Assembly (NCBI GenBank): GCA_973895155.1
Contig: OZ316898.1
Coordinates: forward strand, 7,241,079 to 7,305,078
Direction of reading: 5' to 3'
DNA: 64,000 bases
DNA from: Marsupella aquatica
Lineage: Eukaryota > Plantae > Marchantiophyta
Shown: positions 38,579 through 49,734 of the stretch, one piece after another
Position numbering within the stretch: the stretch's first letter is position 1
How the letters are laid out: each line of letters begins with the position of its first letter
Translations under genes and position numbers: made by a program
Notes under the pieces: model-generated
Database searches by the model: none
What the model was told of the DNA's origin: nothing
What the model saw: only the letters and a program-made list of their open reading frames with translations

Positions 38579-39075
38579 ATGGTGAGCACCCGCAATGCTG
38601 AACATGTGCGGCTTGCATGCAAGGCAGAGAGGTTGCGCCTTGAGTATGTGAGACTTGGGATCCTTCCTGCCCAGTCTACATGGTACTTTGAGTACCCTAT
38701 TGTTGCTAGGAATAACTACAGTCGGCCTGTACCTGCTTCTCTACCCTTCCCAACATCCTTGGTATTTCTGTCTCAGTCTCCTACATGACCCGCCACAAAT
38801 TAGGGCCCAAGGGTGTGTACATAGCTGCCAATATGACTGTCCTGCCTGTTGGGCTTCTACCCCAGAGTTGGATGACCGTTCTCTTGGATGTCGATTTTTG
38901 CATAGAGCACAATGTATCATCTGGAACCACTCGCCATCTTGCAGTGTGCCTGGCGATGTCACTTGTCCTGGCCTCCCAGACCCCACCACCGGTGCGTTTG
39001 GTGTCTACACATGTTTGGATCACACGTTGTAGAGGAGCACTTGTCACACCGTATGCACAGACCAGAGTGCAATGA
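38579..39075 (+). pseudogene. Orphan cargo ORF in the CACTA (~165 aa if one frameshift near 38740 is repaired); unknown function
   Basis: Two abutting ORFs (MVSTRNAEHVRL... and ...SYMTRHKLGPKGVY...) on the same strand as the other cargo. No recognisable domain. Confidence 0.4.
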
Positions 39076-39773
39076 CCTATAACTCAATGCTCTGACTTAA
39101 GCACCGCGGATATTTATGTAAAATTTTGAAGTTTGAGCAATTTTGGGTGCAGGGTTTAGGATCCATAGTATATAACTTATCCTAATTTGGCTGCACTAAG
39201 TGGAATATCCTAATGTAAGAATTAAGCAAGCTCTCTTTAAATTCTCCAATGAAAGACTGCTTTAACTTGGCCAACATTGTAACATTATATGACAGAATTA
39301 ATGGGCCATGTGATAACCTGCAAACATCCCATACAGTCACGTATTCAAACTTATTTGTCTCACTATCATAGCCTATATAGGATGTATAAAGTACAACCCT
39401 CATCAGACTACTTGATCCCAATCTTGTTGGAAAAATGCTTGTTTTTCATGTGATGACTATTGTATGTGATTCAAATGCATGAAATGTTGTTGCAGATCTT
39501 TTTTGGTGAATCATAGCCACGAAATTGAGGTGCTGGTGGAGCAATTGTACTAGGAGATCAGTTTTGTGTGTGGGCTCAACAAACCAAAAGTATGTCTGCC
39601 CTGCATCCTTGTGTGGCCATTGCAATTCATTGCAATATAAGTTGCCGTTGTACCTTAAATGCCAAATTTTACTTTCTGTGTTCAAGTCTGCTAAAATATA
39701 TTGTCTGTAAAGTCTGCCAAAATGTATTGCCTGTATTGTCTACTTAATTGTACTGTCTGTCTCATGCGTAGAT

Positions 39774-40457
39774 ATGGCACGCCCCAAAATTCCAGCAAAA
39801 AAGCGTGTGATAGAGGTGAGCAACACAGGTGTACCTAGGCCACACGTTAGTAACTTCTCTGCAAGTCAGATTTTCCAGAAGGCAGCTCATTGTTGTGCCA
39901 TTTGTGACGATCATGGTGGGAGCTTGGTCATCTGTGAGGGCCCTTGCATGAGGCATTTCCACCTCAACCCGGAGTCTCACCTTGCTACAGAAAACAATTG
40001 TCCAGGGGTGGGCCTCCCGTCAACACACCAGGGAGACTGGATGTGCACTGATTGTTTGGAGAAGCAGGCTAAGTGTGCACAGTGTGGGAAGTTGGGTTCC
40101 TATGAGGGCCCTATTGATGCTGCACCGGATGTTAGGAAATGTCCAGACCATTTTTGTGTGAGGTTTTTCTGTTTTGAGTGTTTGCCTGCTCATGCCACAG
40201 CTTGCCCACTTCATAGGTGCAAGGCATGTGGTGAGCATGATGATGAGTACTGGGCTGACATAGTCCATTGTGCTAGGTGTCCCACTATGTGGCACTATCA
40301 TTGCTTGAAAGATCATCAAGCAGAGGGTTATGCTTGTGACAGAGAAATCTATGATCACTCTGCACATGGTGTTGATCAATGGATATTTTATTGTCATCGC
40401 CATGCCATTGATCCTACCTCGCGCACTCCTATGAGAGATCACATATCTTGGCTGTGA
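39774..40457 (+). CDS. Stand-alone EDM2/NSD-type composite PHD-finger protein (227 aa), CACTA cargo
   Basis: CAICDDHGGSLVICEGPCMRHFH..C..WMCTDC; CAQCGKLGS..VRKC...C..FFC..C; CPLHRCKAC..CARCP..WH..CL..IFYCHRHAIDP...TPMRDHI. This follows my recollection of the EDM2 PHD region, including its 'YC..H.ID....TP.RDH' tail. Basic NLS-like N-terminus RPKIPAKKR. The ORF is intact and intronless. Confidence 0.85.
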   Translation: MARPKIPAKKRVIEVSNTGVPRPHVSNFSASQIFQKAAHCCAICDDHGGSLVICEGPCMRHFHLNPESHLATENNCPGVGLPSTHQGDWMCTDCLEKQAKCAQCGKLGSYEGPIDAAPDVRKCPDHFCVRFFCFECLPAHATACPLHRCKACGEHDDEYWADIVHCARCPTMWHYHCLKDHQAEGYACDREIYDHSAHGVDQWIFYCHRHAIDPTSRTPMRDHISWL

Positions 40458-41053
40458 AGCTGAACATTGTACATGCACAGGGCACCTGATGTGGATGTAC
40501 TATTTTTTGGGGATTGCAGAGATTCCAATTTTGAAAAGGAGTTGGGTAGGCAAGTTTGTATAGGCAGCACTTATCCTATGCTCTGGCGTCAGTGGTTGGG
40601 TACGTGCCTATAAAAACTTATCCTTACAAGCCTTCTTGGAAGTATTTAGGCTGAGTGGTCATTTTCACAAACACTCTCATTAGACTGCTAAATTAAAACA
40701 GGACTTCAAAGTTGTAAGCATATAAATTATCAGGCATGCAATTAATCAAATTGCCCTATAAGTTTGTCATTGAATGTATCCTCCTTTACAACAAAATATG
40801 TATGTGCGGCCATGACAAGTTGGTTGCACTTCATTTCACCTTTGATATGGATTTCCTAGTATATCCTCAAACAATGTCCTGCATCGGTGTAGGTGCCTAG
40901 TACTTATTGTTCACATATCCCCTGTACCTATCAAAATTGGACTTGAGCAACAGTGGACCGGATCAACTTAAAAAGCAGGAATTTTGGTGTCCTTCTATTG
41001 GCAGGTGAACCCACTCTTCCAATATTCACTCTGATCACGTAGGGTGTGTGTAC

Positions 41054-41926
41054 ATGGAGCCTGGGAAACGTAGAAAGTGTGACCACCCAACAGTGTTTAC
41101 AGGGGTCAGAGCCATTTTGGTCCATGGCCAGCATGGGTTGACCAAAGTGCATTGGCCAACTGTACAGAAACAATTCTCTGAGATCCATGGCACTGTAGTG
41201 CAGGACATCACTCCAGAGACTGCACATGTTGTTGCAGGGACATGGCTATCAGTGATAAAGAAATGGTCATGGTCCTACATGAATTCTGCAATTACTGAGC
41301 GAGGCCTAAAAGTAGTTGAGGCCTCTTGGATCACAGATTCCATATAGCACATCAGATTGTACAGGATACTGAGCAATATGAACTGTGGGAGGATGAAGAA
41401 GCTACTGCATCAGCTTGGGCTGAACAAGAAGTCTGGGAAGCAAAGGCACGGCTTGCTGATGTCCAATATGGACCTGTACTCAACAAAGGACAAAGCTCAA
41501 GAAGGCTGAAGAGTATGTTGGCTGAGGAGATGAAGCACCAACCCCATTCTGAAAGGGTTGAGGATGGTTTTTGTGGAGGCAAGAATTGGAGAGGTTAAGT
41601 GCAAAGTGTACAAGTCCACAGTGCTTGACTTAGGTGGGACAGTGGAGGAGAATATAACAGAGGACAACACTCATGTCATTACTAAGTCATATCCCAAAGC
41701 CTGCCGCAAGTTTGGGAAGGGTGACATTCGCTTTTATATCATGTCCCATAATGTGTTTGTGGTTTCATATGCTTGGCTTGTGGAATCAGTAGCAGCTGGG
41801 AAGCGTCAAAACCCAATGGACTATGATCTTTTTGAGGCCTGGCCATGGAAGGGTCAGGATCCTCACAGTGAAAACTATGTGACAACCAGTGAGGAAGAGG
41901 TTATTAGCGATTCTGAATCAGAGTGA
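41054..41926 (+). pseudogene. Tandem BRCT-domain protein (~290 aa reconstructed), CACTA cargo, with two compensating frameshifts (~41345, ~41545)
   Basis: BRCT1: VFTGVRAILV..HGTVVQDITPETAHVV..VVEASWITDSI..QYEL. BRCT2: ILKGLRMVFV..LGGTVEENITEDNTHVI..VVSYAWLVESVAAGKRQNPMDYDL. Acidic linker and tail. Confidence 0.8.
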
Positions 41927-42135
41927 GGAGTACGTAGTAGCATCAGTTTTGAGACAAGTTTTGTGTAGAAATCACATCTTTGAAATAAATGTGATATTTG
42001 AACTAACGTAGCTTGTTATGGTTGGTCGCAGTTGGACTTATTTTACTGTTGGCGGATTGTGGTTTCTTGCTGCCTGGGGGTGTCACTGTAAACTTACTGG
42101 GTGGGCTGAAATCTTGGCGGCAGACTTTGGTGGGT

Positions 42136-42618
42136 ATGTTGCCTTTCCTACATCAACAGGCGCTATGTAGGCTCCTCCTCCAGGTTGCCACATGGCTGGC
42201 CACTGTTTGGACTCTCCTGCATGGGTTGGTGTTGAAACATATTTCAACACCGCCTGAGGATGCAAGAGACGATGAATCTTATTTTTCAGCAGATGAAATT
42301 GAAGAGCAGAATGTTGTGGGGACTTCCTTGTTGCCTGGTTTGCCAGATGATATAATGCTGTTGGATGTGTGGCCCAGAATTCTTCTGTGGTCAACCGCAC
42401 AAGACATTTGCAAATATAGACTAATTAGCACACAATGGAGGGACTTGGTAGCTAGCTCCCCCCAGTGGAGGGCATTAGAACCACTTCTTGTAGGCACAGA
42501 TCGAACCCCACCCTGGTATGCCCAGGGCATACTCCTTGATGACCTGATGTACATGCCAGTGTACCTCAGGTGTGACTACCATCGAGAACAGGGTGGGTAT
42601 CCAGATGAACTCTGGTAA
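42136..42618 (+). CDS. Small F-box-like protein (160 aa from first in-frame ATG; frame open from 42013), CACTA cargo
   Basis: SLLPGLPDDIMLLDVWPRI...ICKYRLISTQWRDLVAS fits the plant F-box motif (LLPGLPDD..C.P......R.VS..WR.L). It is preceded by a hydrophobic segment and an acidic linker. Confidence 0.7.
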   Translation: MLPFLHQQALCRLLLQVATWLATVWTLLHGLVLKHISTPPEDARDDESYFSADEIEEQNVVGTSLLPGLPDDIMLLDVWPRILLWSTAQDICKYRLISTQWRDLVASSPQWRALEPLLVGTDRTPPWYAQGILLDDLMYMPVYLRCDYHREQGGYPDELW

Positions 42619-43004
42619 TAACGTGAGGAGATCTCATACTGCTCTCACACCAGGCACGTTTGTCTATGACTATAGGTGATTGGACTCTGATATGGTCATG
42701 GATGTACGTGCTTGGTTGGCCATTGCAGACTGAGGCAATATAAGTGAGGACAGCGAAGGAGGTGACACCCTGAGACAGTTAGGAATTTTGTTACAGTGTG
42801 ACCTGAGAATAGGTACACGATTCAGGAACCTTTCTTGTTTTTTTTGGTGGTTGTAGAAAGTCTATGCATGATTTATTACACCGTATCATGTCATATGTTT
42901 TGGTAGATAGTGTGAACATCGGAACACAACTAAACAAGAACTGTATTTCCACTTTCATAATGAAATGACAATTAAATCTGAGTGCCTGTGTTCTGAACTC
43001 TAAG

Positions 43005-46000
43005 ATGGAGTCTAGAAGAATGTCCATAGGTCACCCTCCCCCTTGGACCCATCCAACATCTGCCAGGTTGCCTCTACATCATCCAATGAGGGTTTCCCAA
43101 CACAACCAGAAGCTCTGGAATCGGGAACAGGCCAAAGTGGCACGGCCAGGTCCAAGTTCATGAATGAGATGTCCTTGCACTCAATGCAATGGCTCCCACA
43201 CCAGAGTCTTGAGGCAGATTCATGGGCACTTGGCAATTCATGGGAGACACCCTCGTTGGCGTGTTACAAACGATCCGAATGAGGCTGATTCTTCAGATGA
43301 GGAATGGAGGGCTGACTTTGAGAATGCAAATAGTGCAAGGCGAGACCAGTGGTGGGTTGGCAGATGTGATGACTCAACTGGGTGGGTCCGAAGTCCTTCA
43401 GCAGCCTGCAGACGAAGGGATCAATGTTCAGCAAATGGTGCAGGATATTTTCCAGGACATGGATGCAATGCGGGGGGACATGGAAGATACAGAAGAGTTT
43501 GAGACCGCACCGGGTGATGACCACGAGTCTTCAGATGAGTTTGAGATTGGGCAACAGGCTACAGCTGGAGAGGACACCATGTTTGGCTCCCCAACCAAAG
43601 TTCAGGAGGCCTTCAATCCGCTGTTCCCAGGAAGCAATTGTTCCAAATTAGGATTTGTGCTAATGTTTCTAAATATTTGTGGGAACCACAATGTGCCAAA
43701 CATCTTTGTGTCCGAGGTTCTGGCCTTCTTGTAGAAAACAGTGCTGCCAGGAGGTAATCTAGTGCCAAAAAACATGTACGAGGCAAAGAGACTGATATCA
43801 AAACTTGGGCTGAACTATGAGTCAATACATGTCTGTCCTGATGGGCATGTTCTTTTCAAAAACGAACATCAGAAGAAGTTGACATGCCCTACATGTGGGA
43901 AGCACAGGTACCGGAACAATGGGAAGTCCAAGCAACCTGCAAAAGTACTCCGTCACTTTCCTATAATTCCCAGACAGTTGCAGCAAATGTTCAGGAGCCG
44001 TGCCATATCAGAGTTGATGACATGGACAGCTAAGAACAAAAGTCGAGATGGGCTACAACGCCATGCTGGAGATTCAAAGCAATGGAAGTTGATTGATGAT
44101 GCGTATCCTGAGTTTGCTAGATTGACAAGGAATGTTAGGCTTGGGTTATCATTGGATGGGGTGAACCCATTTGGCGAGAAGAACAATGCCTACTCTTGTT
44201 GGCCTGTAACCCTTTTGAATTACAACCTTCCCCCATGGTTGACTACAAAGCGGTTCTTTGTAATGTTGGCATTGTTGATTCCAGGGCCAGACAGTGCTGT
44301 TGCAGCCAATATAGATGTGTATCTCGCTCCTCTAGTAGAGGAACTGAGAAAGCTATGGTACACTGGAGTGCTCACATATGATATGTTGCAGAGGATTGGT
44401 GAAGCCAATCCATTCTTGCTTAGAGCTATTGTAATGTTGACTATTGCAGATTACCCTGCCCATAGCATGATTGCAGGCCAGGTTGGGAAAGGATATTTAG
44501 CTTGCACAAGATGTGGCCCCCATGTGACAAGTGATTATTCAAAGTCCTTGAAGTGTATCAAATACCTTGGTCACCGTCGATTTCTGCCCTCTGATCACCC
44601 TTACAGACGTAGACCCAATCTTATAGCACATTTTAACAAGCGCACGGAGCTCCGCAATCCCCCACCTCGAGTGAAGAAGGAGCAAATAAGTTCTTGGGGG
44701 GCTGCCAAGGCACAGTATGATGCAGATGGAGGAGCAGAGGATGGAGTATGGGATCCTGCAAGGTTGTATGGTGTGAAACGACAGTCCATTTTGGACTTGC
44801 AGCTGGAGTATTGGCGAGTAAGCTCCTCTCCCCAACAACCCATATATGTGATTCAGTCAATTTAGTTGTTAGATTGTATGAAGTAGTATGTATGTATTAT
44901 GAAGATTGAGATTTGCTCACTGCTTGATGTTTTGGAGTTGCAGGAGTTTGATCCAAACAAACATAATATTGATGTTATGCACATAGAGAAGAACATATGC
45001 GAGAGTCTACTCCAATTTTTGAGTGGAGAAAAGGACACGGGCTCTGTACGTATGGATCTACAGGACAGGGGTATTCGACCCCACCTTTGGCTTACAACAC
45101 ACCAGAGCAGGGCAAACATGTTTTTGAAGTACCAAGCACCATATTGTTGCACAGACACAGAGTGGCAGACCTTCTTATCAAGGCTGAGTTCACTCCGAGC
45201 TCCTACAGATTATGCTAGTGCATTCAAGAGGCATGTGAAGGATAACAAATTCCAATTTGGTAGTATGAAAACCCATGACTACCATGTCATGATGCAACAA
45301 GTCCTGCCATTGTGCCTGAGGGGCCTCATGCAAGAGCCTGTGCGTAAAGTTATACTGCGTCTGAGTGATGTGTTCCGCAGAGTTTGTGTGAAGGTGTGGG
45401 ATGCTGCACAGTTTCCCCAATTGAAGAAAGATGTGGCACTATTGTTGTGCGATCTTGAAATATATTTCCCGCCTGCATTCTTTGATGTAATGACTCATCT
45501 GCTCATCCATGTTGTGGAAGAAATAGACCAGTACGGGCCGGTGACAGCACGCTGGTTGTACCCCCTGGAGCGGTACATGAAGTTGATGAAGGGTCATGTG
45601 CGATCTTACTATAGGCCAGAGGCAAGTATGGCTCGGGGTTATATAAAAGATGAAACTCTGGGCTACATCACAGAGTACCTAGCAGATTACGAGCATGTGA
45701 CAAGACGAGTATGGAATTCTGATGAAGAAGAAGGGGTGTCTGGGGAAGTCCTACAAGGTGCTGCAACCACAGTGAAGCTGACCATCAAAATTAGAGACTT
45801 GGCTCATCAGTACGTTCTAGAAAACACTGATGCAATGCAACCCTGGCTGGAGTGAGTACCTACTTTGGTCTCCCTGTATGTAACTTGTTTTCAATTTTCT
45901 TTGCTACCCTTGGTTTCTAACTTGCAGACATGTATAGAATGTGTACTCTGATTGCTAAATCCATGCACTTATATGTGTAGGGAGTACGAGGCACAAAAGG

Positions 46001-46749
46001 CTATTCAATCAAGCACGTCTGCCACATTCCCATGCATGTCAGAATGGCTGAGATGCACAATTTGAGAGCATCATGCAAGCCATCCTAATATGGATGCAGA
46101 TGTCTATCTCTTGTCCAATCCTCCATGGTTGCTGGTAAAGTCTTACAAATGGATGGCAGCATATGGCAATCACTATAGAGTGAGAGATGAAACAACTTCC
46201 TCCAGGGTAACATATGATTGCGGGCTCATTTGTGTATTTCAGCATGAGAGCCCTGATGAAAGTAGAGGAGTGTTGCAGATGGGGTATGTAGGAGAACTAA
46301 GTGATATCTGGCTTCTTGACTATGGAGCCACATCCACTCCTGTAATTTTGATGAAGGGTGAATGGGTAAGACAAGTGTGGCGTGGTAACAGGGCCAGTAT
46401 GAAAAGAGACCGAGATGGCTTTGTGCTTGCCAATTTCAAGTCCAAGTTGCCCGAATGGGAGCAGCCTTTTGTGTATCCCAGTCAGGTGGAGCAGGCCTTC
46501 TTCTTGGATGTGGAAGAGAACCCAGGTTGGAGGGTAGTGTGTCATAAGCAACCCAGAAATTGTAGGGTAGAAGGGTCAAAGCTAGAGTTTCATTTAGATA
46601 GACATGATAGTGCATTTGAACAACCACATACTGGAGACGTTGGTACTGTTCAGACAAGCACAGAGTATGTTCCTCTAACACGGGTGGATGCTTGGGAGGG
46701 TGAGGAGCCATTTGTAGAGGCTGAGCCTGACACCATGCGTATGCAATAA
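43005..46749 (+). pseudogene. CACTA TnpD transposase (transposase-associated domain, Transposase_21, DUF4218, DUF4216); introns 44818-44943 and 45852-45980; disrupted
   Basis: MRCPCTQC..HL, SIHVCPDGHVLF..CPTCG, RNVRLGLSLDGVNPF, YNLPPWL, DYPA, YLGHRRFLP, IDVMHIEKN, MKTHDYHV, FFDVMTHLLIH, WLYPLERYMK, EQPFVYPSQVEQAFF. Lesions: TGA 43161-43163, frameshift ~43330, TAG 43732-43734, TGA 46063-46065. Confidence 0.93.
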
Positions 46750-46770
46750 TGTTTGTCATTGAATAGGATC

Positions 46771-49122
46771 ATGGAAGAAGATGATGATGTGATGAGTGAG
46801 TCTGAAAAGCAAGCCATGATACGTGCAGCATATGTTGATGAGAGGCTGGCAGCTTTGGGAGCTGAGCTCAGACAGGGATTTTCCACTTTGTAAGGGAACA
46901 ATTATCATCCACAGAACCTATACAGACTTTGCTCATTAATTGGAATGAATGTAGCTATGTTTACTAGAGTTGTTCAATGGATGTTGCTTTTGGATGGCAT
47001 GCAGGCTCCCAGACAGGAGAAGTGTAGTGCAGAAAAGGGCTAGGCAAAGCATCAGTGACAGTGCAAGTGGACCTCGGCGACGCAGTGAGAGACTAGTAGT
47101 GAAGGACATTCCATCGATGGCAGATTCTGCAGATGATGGGCAAGATGTTGGGTCCGGTGTTTGATGATGTAGAGTACTATCCAAAGGAGGAGCCCGATGC
47201 AGATGATGAAGAATATGGGCAGGGCAAGCATACTGTCGTGGAGCCCAGAAAAATTGTGGTAATGAAGTGTTGAAGTAGTGTATCACAATAGTGATATGTT
47301 TGGCTCATGATGTGAGTGTGGCAAGTCAGAGGAAGATACTTCTTTTAGGTTTATTGTCCTTGCACATATGTTCTTGTAGGCTAAGAGAGGTGGACTTGCT
47401 GCTCGGGGTATGGGCCGTGGGCCTACAACAACATCTGGAGGGCGAAGCACAGTGCATTACATTGCACGTGGGTCCGGACCAGTGGGGCGTGCTGGGCACA
47501 TACCACCTCCACCTCCAGGTAAAACCCAACAGAGCAGTGGGTATGGAACAACCACTGTTGGTGTAGGTGGTCACACTATTGTGTATGGAGCTGCACCACA
47601 TGGTGGGCACATCCCACCCTCCTTTGCAAGTAGAGCAACAACACATACCCACAGCACAGGTGCAGGTCAGGTTAGAGCAACCCACGCAGTGAGGGGTACA
47701 CTGTGGTGTATGGAGCACCACCAACACACAGTGCACCCTCTCAGGGGAGAGCAGCCCCACAAGTGGATGGGTATGGGCCACCACCACCTGTTGGGCACAC
47801 TATTGTGTATGTTACGGGTCCACCACCACCACACATTACACGGGGCCAAGGTAGACCAACAAATCAGAGTGAGCAGTTTGGAGCAACAGGAGACGATTGG
47901 AGATGTGAGTAGGGATTGCCCTTCAATTCTGGCATTTTTGTAAATTACTTTGGAAATTTATAAAGGGTATGCTAGTGTGATGTTAAAGACCTAATTAAAG
48001 TGCTTAATTATGTGAGTGCAGATTCTGTCCATCCGGATTGGGGAGAGACTGACAAGGAGGTTTACTATGAACCTGAAGTAGAGGCAGGACAAGGGACAAC
48101 TGTAGCCTATGGTTCTGAGAAATGGCCAGAGCCTGATTGGTTGGCTGGTGGGGAAGATGTACAGGTAGTTGAGCCTGCCTCTTATCCACAGAGTGTCGGC
48201 AAAGCATCTGGTAAGTTACACTTATGAAACAATAAACAATACTTGGTTGGGAGATGGGCATTCTGTGAAGATGGTCACGTTGCAAGTTAGATTGCAATTG
48301 GTATCCACTATTTGACATATACAAAGGTATTGATGTTACTATTGTATGATGTCACATGGATGTAGGATGATGCAGGGGGCATTAGAAGTCCACTAAAGGG
48401 TAGTACAAAAGTTCCAGCGAATCCTAAACCTGCCACACCAAGCAGTACCATAGAAAGCAATGCAGGACCTGACAGAACCAAGAAAGGAGTAGTGGACATT
48501 GGGAGCAACCGTTGGGTGAACAGTGCATCTGCAGGGAAGAATCATTGGTTGGCTAATTTGAAAGGTGAAATATTGTGATGGCTGGATTTGAGTGTGGTGA
48601 ATTTTGTGCAGCAGCATCCAACAGATTGGCAACAAGTTGTTGACAATGTAGCCGCAAAATGGAAATATGTTGGCCATCCGGATGGAGTAGCCATGGAGTG
48701 TCTTCAGGCTCATGCAAAGACAATTCTGAAGAATGAGAGGTGGAGGTTGCACGTGTTGTTTCAAGAAGGTGGAGAGGACCAAAGAATGCCTGCTCCCCCA
48801 TTGACAGATCCTCTTCAATGGAGCAAGCTAGTCCATCACTTCTTGAGTGAATCCGGCAAGAGTAAGAGTTCCCAGATGGCATATGCACGTGGCAACGTTC
48901 AAAACCTTAACTTGACAGGAAGGAAAGGGAATGCTCCGATAGTAGAGCAGCTGGTAAGAATAATCATTGGATTGGCAGACCTAGCTTCTACAGTACTAGT
49001 GTATTTGAGTTTTTTTGTGTCCAAGCAAATAATGTGTGAAAATATGATGTATGCAGAAGGCACAAAATGGACAATCCCCTACAAAAGAAGAGGTGAGAGC
49101 TGAAGCAAGAAAACAAAAGCTT
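46771..49122 (+). pseudogene. CACTA TnpA-like multi-exon gene (Ptta/En/Spm Transposase_24-like C-terminal region), disrupted
   Basis: Downstream of TnpD on the same strand, with several GT-AG introns and an acidic/Gly-Pro-rich N-part. PPLTDPLQWSKLVHHFLSESGKSKSSQMAYARGN..TGRKG resembles the TnpA motif. Stops and frameshifts present. Confidence 0.7.
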
Positions 49123-49734
49123 GTATGCTTGTATGCTTGAGTTGACTATTAGTCATGGTTCTAGTGCTATGTGCAGGCTGCAATTGCCTAGACTTTTGAG
49201 TCATTTTGGGTCATTAAGATATGACCATGATATATTACATCGTGGTCCCCAATAAGACCAACCAGTCTAGCCCAATCTTAAGATTTTTAAGAATGATTAG
49301 TCATCTGTAGTCATCATCGGTCACTAATGTGCCCATATACTCTAAACTTTTAAGACCAACTAGTCATAATCAGTCGCCTGTGTTTCGACATTGAACCATA
49401 GCACCAGTCATATATGCGAAAGGCTACTCTTCCTCACTGACTGTTTGTGACTAATTCATACCTTGTTTTGAGTCATGATACAAATGACTACAAAAGTAGT
49501 CATTTGTAAGACTACACCTTCTCCAAATCCCAAAATGCCCAAGTACAGATTTGGTCATTATTAGTCACAAAATGTGTCTTAAACCCTAGTCACATAGCTG
49601 ACCACTCGATTTCAGTCAAATAAGACGCTATGTCAAAATTACGACTGGCTTGATACCACCCAAACTTTAGTCACAAGGAGTCATGGGCAGTCGTAAAACT
49701 TAGTCATAAAACACCCGGGTTTCTACTAGTGACA

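Larger units (their letters stand above)
34297..49731 (+). mobile_element. Full-length CACTA (En/Spm) DNA transposon, 15,435 bp
   Basis: TIR CACTAGTAGAAACC (34297-34310) and GGTTTCTACTAGTG (49718-49731). 3-bp TSD ACA (34294-34296, 49732-49734). AGTCA/TGACT-rich subterminal regions, TnpD and TnpA-like genes. The flanks rejoin as one continuous CRE-like element. Confidence 0.97.

Noticed and set aside
40020-47787. Minus-strand ORFs overlapping the CACTA genes
   Set aside because: Antisense shadows of real coding frames with no motifs.
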